Positions 55,801 to 64,000 of a stretch of DNA of 64,000 nt are shown piece by piece. Source of the DNA: Gemmatimonadota bacterium (GTDB lineage Bacteria; Gemmatimonadota; Gemmatimonadetes; Gemmatimonadales; GWC2-71-9). The stretch lies in the NCBI GenBank assembly GCA_039591075.1, contig JBDHEI010000027.1:356-64355 (forward strand), written 5' to 3'. The notes beneath the pieces are model-generated. The model was not told the DNA's origin. It worked only from the letters and a program-made list of their open reading frames with translations, and searched no databases. The position numbers and the translations under genes are program-made. Every line of letters begins with the position of its first letter. The first letter of the stretch is position 1.

Positions 55801-56166
55801 GACCTCAGGCCCCTACCCACCGAGGCCCAGTTCGCCCCGATCTACGCCGTGATGCCGGGAGACTTCGATGGCGACGGGTACACCGATCTCGTCGTCGCAG
55901 GAAACTTCTTTGGGGTCACGCCGGTGCGCGGGCGGTATGATGCCAGCTATGGCCTGTTGCTTCTCGGCGACGGAGCGGGTGGTTTAGCAGCGGTCGACCT
56001 GGAGGCAAGCAATCTGGTGATCGTTGGCCAGGTGCGGGACCTGGAAGTGCTGCGACAGGCGGACGGCGGCCGATTGATCATCGTGGCGCGGAACAACGAC
56101 GCGCTTGGGATCATACGCCCCCTGCGCTCGCCTCATCCAGACGGTAGCTTGGTCACCACGCGCTGA
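52819..56166 (+). CDS. Second VCBS/FG-GAP + ASPIC/UnbV lipoprotein, paralog of 48516-51914
   Basis: MNSSAW...LVSC lipobox; YYNGGGV, TDWSW, PTRGFQSS, LHFGLG, WPD, NGWWN. Confidence 0.9.
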   Translation: MNSSAWRLLAISVLVLVSCGRTQHSPPLFERLPPEMTGVTFVNELPETAEINILNYLNYYNGGGVAAGDIDGDGLADLYFTSNLGPDRLYRNKGDYRFEDITQRAGVGGAEGWTTGATMADVNGDGYLDIYVSTVTHLALRGGNVLYINDGDGTFTDRTAEYGLGHVGYSTQAAFFDYDGDGDLDMYLVNHSTHEERGRVWNPQRETRHPRAGDRLFKNDGNRFVDVSQASGIYGGVEGYGLGVIVSDLNVDGCPDIFVANDFHESDFLYFNNCDGTFTESVATSTGHTSFSSMGVDAADFTNDGRPDLVVLDMLPEREEVLKSAASAEDMNVYQMKLRASFHPQYVRNTLQVNRGRGRFSEIGYLAGVYATDWSWAPLFADLDNDGDKDLFVTNGIYRRPNDLDYISYVADREVQASLAEGITEELLATLQEKMPQIPIPNYAYRNNGDLTFTNMAEAWDLAQPGFSIGAVYVDLNNGGALDLVVNNINAPAGIYRNRAREINSHHYLTVRLEGSGANTNGIGTKIIIEHDGIMQLLEQMPTRGFQSSIDPRLHFGLGVSPRIDSLIVIWPDHRYQVLSDVAVDQTVTLAQDDAAGRYPYRDEPAGQPLFADITTQLAIDVSHHENTFFDYTREPLIPHQLSTEGPALAVGDVNGDGLDDLYVGGAKWQAGQLLVQQRDGQFRGTNEGVFQADSLHEDVDAVFFDANGDGYQDLYVVSAGNEFWGDQEALRDRLYVNDGQGRLHREEDALPAFFENGSCVVPGDFNGDGHLDLFVGGRVVSRRYGLIPRSYLLQNDGTGRFRDVTVEKAEALAEAGMVSSAAWVDYDDDGRLDLIVVGEWMPIRVFRQQAGRFVDRTTEAGFSGTNGWWNSVTVADLRGTGRPDLILGNLGLNSHIRASPKEPARLYIHDFAQNGGLQQILTLYKDGVSYPLAGRDELARAIPQLRDRYPSYADFGASQIQDIFPASELRQAEVREAYLFASSAALNNGDGSFDLRPLPTEAQFAPIYAVMPGDFDGDGYTDLVVAGNFFGVTPVRGRYDASYGLLLLGDGAGGLAAVDLEASNLVIVGQVRDLEVLRQADGGRLIIVARNNDALGIIRPLRSPHPDGSLVTTR

Positions 56167-56975
56167 TCGGAGGAGAAGGATGGGGCCGCCCGCGCATCGG
56201 GCTGCCCAGCCTTCGCACGGGAGGTCCACCGCATCTCGACGAGCAGCGCGACCGGCCCCACGAGGAAGAGTGCGTAGAACGGTGCATAGATGACCTCGGC
56301 CAGCCGCAGAAGCATCTCTACGAACGCGATGACACCCACGACCACGACGGCGCCCCGCCTGGACGACACGGTGGTTTTCGGATCCGTGATCATGAACAGC
56401 GCGAACAGCTGGTACATGGGACCGGTGATCGGGGCCACCTCGGTCACGAACGCACTGCCCGTGATCAGGCTCCGCACGAGGGCCAAGATGAAGAAGGACA
56501 CCACGTAGGCCACCGTGATGTGCGCGCGCTTGGCACGCCAGATCGTGAACAGACCCACTGCCCAGATCACGAGCATCGGCCACAGGTCGTTCCCCCACTG
56601 CACGCTCAAGGGCGCCACGGCAAAAGGTGCCAGGAAGAGCAGGGCACAGATTCCGAAATTGGATGGGTTCCAGAGGTGCCGCCCCCTCAGGCGCAGGACG
56701 TACTTGGACATGATGGAGAGCACCCCGCCGACGGCGTAGGGCCACAGCATGGGCGAACGCACGAGGATCGCTATGCTGATGCCGGAGATGTAGGCGCTGG
56801 CGAGCTGATGCCGCTCACCCGTGAGGAGTCGCCGCAGCGAGACTTCCGTCGTAATGGCCGAGAGAACGGCGAGGGCGATCGCCTCGTACCCGCGCAGCAC
56901 CCCGTACGACCAGTGGGCGCCGAGCAGGATCAGCGTGATGAGGAGGGGAGCCGTCAGGCGCCGGTCGAACGTCAC
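56133..56975 (-). CDS. UnbU-like / RnfD-NqrB-related multi-TM protein
   Basis: SAYISGISI, SKYVL...HLWNPSNFG, LFALFMITDPKT (compare NPA and MATD in RnfD); no S/TGAT-type FMN motif seen. Confidence 0.75.
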   Translation of the reverse strand: MTFDRRLTAPLLITLILLGAHWSYGVLRGYEAIALAVLSAITTEVSLRRLLTGERHQLASAYISGISIAILVRSPMLWPYAVGGVLSIMSKYVLRLRGRHLWNPSNFGICALLFLAPFAVAPLSVQWGNDLWPMLVIWAVGLFTIWRAKRAHITVAYVVSFFILALVRSLITGSAFVTEVAPITGPMYQLFALFMITDPKTTVSSRRGAVVVVGVIAFVEMLLRLAEVIYAPFYALFLVGPVALLVEMRWTSRAKAGQPDARAAPSFSSDQRVVTKLPSG

Positions 56976-58810
56976 TCGGGCTCCCTGATGGCGTGCAGCG
57001 TGTTGATGGCGGGCGTCGGAATGGTTTGCACGATGCCCGAGGGCCAGCGGATCACGACGCTGTCGACCTGTGAAGCCGCGCCGAGTCCGAAGTGTGCCCG
57101 GCGCTGGTTCTGCGCGGCGAACCCGTTGCCGCCCTCAATCTGCCGAAGCTGCTCCATGCCGGCCCGATAGAGGCGAATCTCAGCTCCGATCGCGCTTCGG
57201 TTGCTCCGTGTGCCCTCCAACGCGAACGCGATCCAGCCGTGCGTCGGGGTGACCGTGTTCCCGTAGACCAGGAGCGGCCCGCGCTGGTTGGCCACGACGG
57301 CGTCTAGCACGCCGCGGTTCCACAGATCGGCGAACGCCACGGCGCGCCCATCGTTCGCGTTGACCGCTCCGACCGCTCGCGTGACGTCCCGAAAGCGGCC
57401 CGCACCGTCATTCAACCACACGCGGTCCTCCTGGTAGCCGGAGAGGCTGCGGCCGCGCATGGCCGGCCAATTTGCTGCGTCGGCGATGATGTCGCGATAG
57501 CCACCAGCGACCATCGAGTAGTCGTACCAATAGCTCTCGCGCGTCTCGCCCGACACGTATCCGTTTGTCACGAAGAGATCGAGCCAGCCGTCGTTGTTCA
57601 GGTCGCCGAACTGGGCGCCGAAGGCGAAACCGGCCAGCTCGACACCCAAGGCGCCAGCCAGGTTCCGATAGGTGGGAGACTCGTCCGTTCCATGCGTGGG
57701 CACCCACAGGTCATTGCCGTGGATGAGCACGCCGGGCTCGGAAATGTTGCTCACATAGAGGGTCCACTCCCCGCGGTTGAACACGTCCCCGAACGATGCG
57801 TTCATGCCGCTCTTGGGGGTGCGGGCCACATTCGCAGCTCGGCCGATCTCACGAAAGCGCCCACCTCCCTCGTTGAGATAGAGCTCGTTGATCCCGTAGT
57901 CGTTGGCCACGAAGAGATCCGGATCGCCATCGCCATCCACATCGGCCGTCGCCGCGGCGAGCGTCCAGCGCCTCGCGACGAGACCGGCGCCCTCGGCAAC
58001 TTCCTGGAACGATCCATCACCCCGATTGCGCAACAGATAGTTCTTCCCACCGTTTTGCGCGTACTCGAAGCTCTCTGGCATGATGCGCGTGTGCGGCAGG
58101 TTCCACAGATCCACTTCTGCGGGGTAGAAGGCGCCCACAAAGAGATCCAGCCAACCGTCGCGGTCGTAGTCGAACCAGACAGCAGTGTTGGCATTGATCC
58201 ACGCAGGGAGCTCGACGCGCTCGGTGACACGCGAGAAGCCCCGGCCACCGTCGTTGCGGAACAGCTCGGGGTGACCCCACCGGTAGAGGAACAGGTCCTC
58301 GTAGCCGTCGTTGTCGTAGTCGCCCCAGACGGCGCCCATCGAGACGCCGGTGGCTCGCCGGTTCACGTCTGCCACGCCCAGTCGAGCGGCCACGTCTTCG
58401 AATGTGCCGTCGCCCCTGTTGCGGTAGAGCGCATTCCGGCCACCCACCGCGCTATTGGTCACGTACAGGTCCTGCCAACCGTCGCGGTCGAAATCCACGA
58501 CCGAGACAGCGGCACCGTACGCTGCCACCGCCGGCATGATCGGCTCGAGTTTGGGGTCGAGCGCCGGGGGCTGGTGGGTGAACCGGATGCCGGCGGCATC
58601 CGAAACCTCTTGCAGCGCGAAGCCGTACCGCTCGATGGCCGCCGGCGCGCTCAGTCCGGCATCGACTACCCGAGAGGTCGACGAGAATCGCCGAATGACA
58701 AGCGGCGCGGCGAGCAGCGCGACGAAGACGAGGATCGCAAGGATGCGAATGACGCGGTCCGGCGGCCGCGCCGCGCCTCCATCACTGGTCGCGCTTGGGG
58801 ACGAGCGCAC
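56972..58810 (-). CDS. CRTAC1/UnbV-like FG-GAP protein with C-terminal ASPIC/UnbV domain
   Basis: N-terminal TM; DFDRDGWQD repeats; MPESFEYA.NGG; NRSAIGA...GGNGFAAQ...HFGLG...IRWPSG. Confidence 0.88.
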   Translation of the reverse strand: MRSSPSATSDGGAARPPDRVIRILAILVFVALLAAPLVIRRFSSTSRVVDAGLSAPAAIERYGFALQEVSDAAGIRFTHQPPALDPKLEPIMPAVAAYGAAVSVVDFDRDGWQDLYVTNSAVGGRNALYRNRGDGTFEDVAARLGVADVNRRATGVSMGAVWGDYDNDGYEDLFLYRWGHPELFRNDGGRGFSRVTERVELPAWINANTAVWFDYDRDGWLDLFVGAFYPAEVDLWNLPHTRIMPESFEYAQNGGKNYLLRNRGDGSFQEVAEGAGLVARRWTLAAATADVDGDGDPDLFVANDYGINELYLNEGGGRFREIGRAANVARTPKSGMNASFGDVFNRGEWTLYVSNISEPGVLIHGNDLWVPTHGTDESPTYRNLAGALGVELAGFAFGAQFGDLNNDGWLDLFVTNGYVSGETRESYWYDYSMVAGGYRDIIADAANWPAMRGRSLSGYQEDRVWLNDGAGRFRDVTRAVGAVNANDGRAVAFADLWNRGVLDAVVANQRGPLLVYGNTVTPTHGWIAFALEGTRSNRSAIGAEIRLYRAGMEQLRQIEGGNGFAAQNQRRAHFGLGAASQVDSVVIRWPSGIVQTIPTPAINTLHAIREPE

Positions 58811-61800
58811 GATGGAAACCCCGCGGAGTCACATAACGAGTGTGGAAGACCCTCCAATCTTCCGGGTGGAGCCGATATGCCGGATCGTCCTCCAACCGGC
58901 CCGGCGGGCGGGAATAGTCGGACATCCCATGATACGGTAGCGGGAGGACCGTGGTCGAGAAACCGGTGTTGTAATCGCCGTCCTTCACCCAGCCGTCGCC
59001 GATGAGCACGTAGTCGCGCGTCCACCCACCCTGCGGCGGAGGCGGGGCTGGGAACCTGAGGACCAACTCGTCGCCCGCGTTCATGATGGTGTATCGGTCA
59101 TCGACCGCCTCGTTCAACGGACGCACGTCGCCGAAGCGGGTGTAGAACCCTACGAGGTCCCGCCACAGCGGTGCCGTGGTGGTAATCGTGCTGTAGTTGG
59201 GAAGCTCGGGCGCTTTGCGGCTGACCTGAGCCACTTCCGAGAAGCCGCGGTAGCGCAGCTCGGCAGTTGCGGGAAGGATCCGGCGCGTGGTGACCGGGGC
59301 GTCAGGCTGGCCCACGGCCCACGCGATCCGGTCCCAGTAGATCTCCATGTTGGTGCGCAGGCGCACGTGGTGCGGCGTGCCGGGCCGGAACGCGTCCTGC
59401 AGGTCGATGAGCATCGTTTTCGTCTTCCCGGCCGGGAATCCGAGATCGGCCTCGACCATCGCCCATCCCCCTTGGCCGTCCGGCACCTCGAGCTGCAGCC
59501 CGCGCGGTAATCGATTGTCACCCTGGCTGACGGCGACATTGATCGAGGCGTCGGTGGGATAGACCCATCCGGATGCCACGAGCCAGAGCGGCCCCTCGGC
59601 GGGAACGTCGTCGCCCAGCGCGACCTCGACGTAGTGCTCGCCAGCGATGCCCTGGTAGGGACCCAATTCGAACGTGTCCACGAAACGCTCGTCACGGGCG
59701 CGGATCAGTGCGGTCACGTCCCGACCCGCATGATCCCAGGCCTGCGCCACGGGACGAAGCGGTTGCATCGCATGAACGGCGGGCGTGGGCGCCGGAAGCG
59801 TGAAGCGCTCGTCGACGAACACTTCGGTGCCCTCCGGATGGTCGACGACCATCAGGGCAACGTGGTCGAAGAAGTGCGTCTCCCACAAATCCGCCGTGAT
59901 GCGCACGTCGTAGAAGCCATCGCGGGGAACCAATTGGTCGCCCCGGATCTTGATCCAGTCCTCGGCGTGGATCACCGCGGCATTCCCCTGCGCGTTGATG
60001 CGCAGGCCGAGCGCCGTGCGCCAAATGAAATCCGTGACGAATTGCATCCTCTCGCCGTCGAACGTGAACACCCAGGGGCACGATCCCTTGAGACGCTGGC
60101 GCGTCAGGATGGTCTCGTTGGCAGCGGCGAGGTTGAACTCGGGTTGGACGGTCCCGTTCGGCCAGATGATGCGGGCAACGTTGACCAGCGGGTGCTCCCC
60201 CGTTCCGAAGTGGACGACAGGACCGTCGATCAACTGCTTCTGGTAGAGCAGGCCCGCCCGGACCTCGATCTCGCCGCCGATGCCGAAGGAGTTGATACGT
60301 CGGTCCCCGGTGGTTTGTGCCGCCCGCGGGCGGATGCTCGCCGAGTAGTAGTCCTTGGTGCCCTGGTTGGTGAGCAACAGCGCTTGGCCTTCCGATGACA
60401 CCGCGATCAGATCGAGGCGACCGTCACCGCTGATGTCGGCGACGCTCGTGATCTGGACGTCGATCGGCGGAAGGTGCCGCGGCTCGGGCTCGGCGCTCAG
60501 CCAGGCCCTGGAGCCCTGGGGCGTCGAGGCCACCAGATCGAGGTCGCCGTTGTTGTCCAGGTCGGCGACGAAAAGCCGCGTCGATGCAACACCGGCCGTT
60601 GGGAAATCGGGCCACCGCGCGAGCACGCCGGTTTCCCAACCGCTCTCGTTCAACGAGAGGCGGCGCACCGTCCCGTCTGCCCCGAGGAGGATCAGGTCGA
60701 GTGTGGCGTCCTGATTCATGTCGGCTGCGGCGATCGCGTGCACGGAGCCGAGCATGTCCGGCAGTGGGTGTGCTTGGAACTGGGGGACGCGGTAGCGCCC
60801 GTTGCGGAAAACGACTAGGCGTCCGGCGGCATCGAGGAGCGCCGCATCGGGGTCACCGTCAGCATCCAGATCGGCCCACACGAAATCTCGTAGACGGGCC
60901 ACGCCCGCAAAGGCGGGATAGGGCTCGAAGGTCCCGTCGCCCCGGTTCCGCAGCACGACGGGCCCACCCTCGACTCCTGCAAGCACGAGGTCCAAGTCGC
61001 CTTCCATGTCCAGGTCGGCGGCCCAGGCGCCGGCGTAGGCGGCACGTGCAATTTCTGTCGCAACTGCCTCGCCGGTCACGTCTGTGAATGCGCCGACGTC
61101 GTCTTGACGGAGCAGGCGAAGTCCACCGGGACCCGCCAGCACGAGGTCCATCCGGAAGTCGTAGTCATAGTCGACGGGAGCGACGGCAGAGGGCGAGAGC
61201 GGTGAGGCGGATGCCCCTCCCGGAAAGGCGAATGCCTCGGCCTGACCGGGCTCGGGTGAAACCCACAGGGTTCCGCGACTGGCGGTGACCAGCGCGAGCG
61301 GTCCCTCCTCGCTCAGCCAGAGCGCCCGTACCCACGCCGCGGGCCCCTCACCCACTGCAAGTGTCTCCGCCACGAACCTGAGACCCGTGTCCGCCGGCGC
61401 GGACTGAGCGGAAGGGGCCGGCAGTCGCACAAAGCGCGTCAGCAGAAGCTCCGTTCGGCTCGGCGACGTCAGCACAGCGTCCTCGTCGTCGCGGTAGGCG
61501 GGCTGGAGCTGTAACACCGTCTGCAGAAACGGGATCAGCGTGGCGGCGCGGCCGAAATCCCCGGTCTCTCCAGCGGTCCGCAGTGCCCCGAGCTCGGCGA
61601 TGAGGGGCAAAGACAAGGAATCGGCCCGGGCTCCAATGCGGTCGAGCGTCTGGCGCAGTGTCTCGATGTCGCGCAGTTTTGCGGCGAGGCGCGCGCGCTC
61701 GAGCAGGGCTACCAGATTCCCCGGCTGGACGGCCAGAATCCGGTCGATCAGCTGGTGCGCCTCGGTCGCGCTCCCAGAGCGGCCCTCCTGCTCGACGAGC

Positions 61801-62234
61801 TGGGCCAGGAGATAGAGCGCTTGCAGGCCCTGAGGGTCGAGTTCAACGGCGCGGCGGAGGTGTTCCGTTGCCGCGTCTGGGCGTCCGCGCTCGCGCTCGA
61901 CGAGCGCGGAAACGAGCTGGATGTGGCCGCTCTCGGGCGCCAGCATGCGCGCCTCCTCCAGCCGCTCGGCCGCCTGTTCCAGCTCACGCCGTTGGAGCGC
62001 GATCAGGCCGAAATCGGCCCAGCCTGCCGGCTCTCTGGGGACGAGTTCGGTCACGCGCTGAAACGCCGCCGCAGCCAGTCCGCTCTCGCCCGCCTGAGCG
62101 GCCGCCACGCCCCTGTAGAAGGCCGCGACGACCTCCTGGTAGGTTGGAGACGATGGGTCGGGCAGATCGCGCTCGCAGGCCGCGGCGCCCAGAACGAGCA
62201 GGAGCGCGGCGGGAAGATGAAGAGCGAATCTCAA
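58782..62234 (-). CDS. TPR + FG-GAP + ASPIC/UnbV lipoprotein with extra C-terminal domain
   Basis: Lipobox AAAC; TPR-like helices; DLDxDGD repeats; GIGGEIEV...HFG...WPNG; KGSCP; GWVKDGDYNT. Confidence 0.85.
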   Translation of the reverse strand: MRFALHLPAALLLVLGAAACERDLPDPSSPTYQEVVAAFYRGVAAAQAGESGLAAAAFQRVTELVPREPAGWADFGLIALQRRELEQAAERLEEARMLAPESGHIQLVSALVERERGRPDAATEHLRRAVELDPQGLQALYLLAQLVEQEGRSGSATEAHQLIDRILAVQPGNLVALLERARLAAKLRDIETLRQTLDRIGARADSLSLPLIAELGALRTAGETGDFGRAATLIPFLQTVLQLQPAYRDDEDAVLTSPSRTELLLTRFVRLPAPSAQSAPADTGLRFVAETLAVGEGPAAWVRALWLSEEGPLALVTASRGTLWVSPEPGQAEAFAFPGGASASPLSPSAVAPVDYDYDFRMDLVLAGPGGLRLLRQDDVGAFTDVTGEAVATEIARAAYAGAWAADLDMEGDLDLVLAGVEGGPVVLRNRGDGTFEPYPAFAGVARLRDFVWADLDADGDPDAALLDAAGRLVVFRNGRYRVPQFQAHPLPDMLGSVHAIAAADMNQDATLDLILLGADGTVRRLSLNESGWETGVLARWPDFPTAGVASTRLFVADLDNNGDLDLVASTPQGSRAWLSAEPEPRHLPPIDVQITSVADISGDGRLDLIAVSSEGQALLLTNQGTKDYYSASIRPRAAQTTGDRRINSFGIGGEIEVRAGLLYQKQLIDGPVVHFGTGEHPLVNVARIIWPNGTVQPEFNLAAANETILTRQRLKGSCPWVFTFDGERMQFVTDFIWRTALGLRINAQGNAAVIHAEDWIKIRGDQLVPRDGFYDVRITADLWETHFFDHVALMVVDHPEGTEVFVDERFTLPAPTPAVHAMQPLRPVAQAWDHAGRDVTALIRARDERFVDTFELGPYQGIAGEHYVEVALGDDVPAEGPLWLVASGWVYPTDASINVAVSQGDNRLPRGLQLEVPDGQGGWAMVEADLGFPAGKTKTMLIDLQDAFRPGTPHHVRLRTNMEIYWDRIAWAVGQPDAPVTTRRILPATAELRYRGFSEVAQVSRKAPELPNYSTITTTAPLWRDLVGFYTRFGDVRPLNEAVDDRYTIMNAGDELVLRFPAPPPPQGGWTRDYVLIGDGWVKDGDYNTGFSTTVLPLPYHGMSDYSRPPGRLEDDPAYRLHPEDWRVFHTRYVTPRGFHRALVPKRDQ

Positions 62235-62493
62235 GGGGCGTGACCGATGCGAGACTGGGAAGTTGCTCCGGGAGTCAGGACAAGCTAGGTACTGAAATCA
62301 TAGGGCGCAAGGCGACGTCCAGGCCTCGGGGCGGGCCGCCGCGTCATGGCTTCCGTGCGGGGAGCGTTCCGCGTCGAGGCGCATGGGCGTATACTAAGCC
62401 GTTACGCGAGGAAATCCCGAGTCTAGTCATTACCGAAGCCGGCGACCCATCGTCGTGGGATCCCGCCACAGACCCTGAGCCGAAGAGGTACCC

Positions 62494-64000
62494 GTGGGCC
62501 TACTAGCGAGCGTGGACTGGGTGGTGATCGGTGCGTATTTCGTCCTGGTCTTTGGCGTCGCCATCTGGGCCACGCTGCGGGAACGCTCGGCCCGCGGGAC
62601 GTCGCAGGACTACTTCTTGGCAGGCCGTGATGCCGGTTGGTTCCTGGTGGGCGGCTCGCTGTTCGCCTCAAATATCGGCTCCGAACACCTGGTGGGGCTG
62701 GCGGGAACTGGGGCGGCAAGCGGTGTGGCTGTGGGGCAGTTCGAGGTCCTCGCCTCGCTGATCCTCCTGATCCTCGGCTGGGTGTTCGTGCCGTTCTATC
62801 TGTCGAGTGGCGTCTTCACCATGCCGGAGTTCCTCGAGCGACGATACTCCGAGGGCGCCCGGTGGTATCTGGCAGTGATCTCCATCATCGGCTATGTGCT
62901 GACCAAGATCTCGGTGACGATCGCCGCCGGCGGCATCGTGTTCGAGGCGATCATGGGGATCGACTTCTGGACCGGCGCGCTGGTGGTCGTGGTGGTGACG
63001 GGCGTGTACACCATCTTCGGCGGACTGCGCGCGGTGCTGTATACGGATCTGCTGCAGATGTTCGTCCTGATCGGCGGCGCGGTGGCCGTGACACTCCTGG
63101 GGCTCAACGCCCTGGGCGGCTGGAGCGCGATGACGGAGACGGTGGGGCCCGGGTTCCTCAGTCTGTGGAAACCGATGTCGGACCCGGACTTTCCCTGGAC
63201 CGGCATTCTCTTCGGGGCGCCGATCCTCGGCGTCTGGTATTGGTGCACCGATCAGTTCATCGTGCAGCGCGTGCTTGCGGCGCACAACCGCGAACACGCC
63301 CGCCGCGGGACCGTGTTCGCCGGGTACCTGAAGCTCCTGCCGCTCTTCATCTTCGTGGTCCCCGGCGTCATCGCCTACGCGTTGTCGCAGCAGGGCCGGC
63401 TGCAGCTCGCCGCCCCGGACCAGGCGCTTCCCACGCTCATGGCCGTGCTGCTCCCCATCGGGCTTCGCGGGTTGGTGGTGGCTGGGCTGCTGGCGGCGCT
63501 CATGAGCTCGCTTTCCTCGGTGTTCAATTCCACGTCCACCCTGGTCACGCTGGACGTCTACAAGAAGCTCCGCCCGGGGGCATCCGAACGGCGGCTCGTG
63601 CTAGTCGGGCAGATCACCACTGGGCTGCTCGTGGGCTTCGGCCTGCTGTGGATCCCATTCATGAAGCTGATCTCCGGGCAGCTCTACCAGTACCTGCAGA
63701 GCGTGCAGGCCTACATCTCGCCGCCGATCGCGGCGGTGTTCTTGATCGGCGTACTGTGGCAGCGGGTCAACGCGAATGGCGCCATCGCGGCCCTCATCAC
63801 GGGATTCGTGCTCGGTATGGGGCGGCTCGTGGTGGAAATCAGCCAGCCGCTCCAAAAAGGGTTCTTGGTCACATACGCGGAGATCAACTTCCTGCACTTC
63901 GCCGTCATCCTCTTCGTGATCTGCACGGCGGTCCTCGTGATCGTGAGTTTGCTGACGCCCGCACCGCCCGCTTCCAAGGTGGCGGGCCTGACCTTCGCCA
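62494..64000 (+). CDS. Sodium:solute symporter (SGLT-like), 3' end outside window; absent from the ORF track
   Basis: My translation from GTG 62494: DYFLAGR, SLFASNIGSEHLVGLAG, TMPEFLERRY, YTIFGGLRAV.YTD, WYWCTDQFIVQRVL, AALMSSLSS.FNS. Confidence 0.93.
   Translation, partial: MGLLASVDWVVIGAYFVLVFGVAIWATLRERSARGTSQDYFLAGRDAGWFLVGGSLFASNIGSEHLVGLAGTGAASGVAVGQFEVLASLILLILGWVFVPFYLSSGVFTMPEFLERRYSEGARWYLAVISIIGYVLTKISVTIAAGGIVFEAIMGIDFWTGALVVVVVTGVYTIFGGLRAVLYTDLLQMFVLIGGAVAVTLLGLNALGGWSAMTETVGPGFLSLWKPMSDPDFPWTGILFGAPILGVWYWCTDQFIVQRVLAAHNREHARRGTVFAGYLKLLPLFIFVVPGVIAYALSQQGRLQLAAPDQALPTLMAVLLPIGLRGLVVAGLLAALMSSLSSVFNSTSTLVTLDVYKKLRPGASERRLVLVGQITTGLLVGFGLLWIPFMKLISGQLYQYLQSVQAYISPPIAAVFLIGVLWQRVNANGAIAALITGFVLGMGRLVVEISQPLQKGFLVTYAEINFLHFAVILFVICTAVLVIVSLLTPAPPASKVAGLTFA

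Noticed and set aside
52693..56166. A true GxxExxY-propeller fusion protein of 1157 aa
   Set aside because: A normal lipoprotein signal begins at Met 52819 and the GxxExxY part is a degenerate stub
56133..62234. Enediyne biosynthetic gene cluster
   Set aside because: No PKS, thioesterase or tailoring genes in the window

Overview
GC-rich bacterial chromosomal window; gene content and order suggest Gemmatimonadota (inference, not a search result). (1) 1-25.6 kb, + strand, is mostly housekeeping: ribE-ribBA-ribH-nusB, a GT4 glycosyltransferase, hpf-hprK, a complete mannose-class PTS, metK-ahcY, a cobalamin riboswitch ahead of btuFCDB-like genes, recO-selB, a stand-alone CTD-like secreted protein, clpB, tadA and a DDAH-family gene. 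(2) 25.6-43.3 kb, - strand, holds an ECF sigma/anti-sigma/mini-secretin trio and a ~15 kb tightly coupled energy operon: korA-korB-(degenerate TPP-domain paralog)-rnfB-giant PFOR-rnfCDGEA-(small Cys-rich NqrM-like peptide)-apbE, with tRNA-Ser(GGA) upstream of korA. (3) 43.3-64 kb is an accessory region with decay scars (integrase remnant, frameshifted SusC, GH97 and GxxExxY fragments). It carries SusC/SusD, four ASPIC/UnbV beta-propeller proteins, an UnbU/RnfD-like membrane protein, a plug-only TonB lipoprotein and a sodium:solute symporter running off the window. The best candidates for a poorly described system are the OFOR-Rnf operon with its apparently inactive paralogous subunit, and the PKS-less UnbU/UnbV propeller cluster. 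All calls are by motif recognition; no database searches were run.
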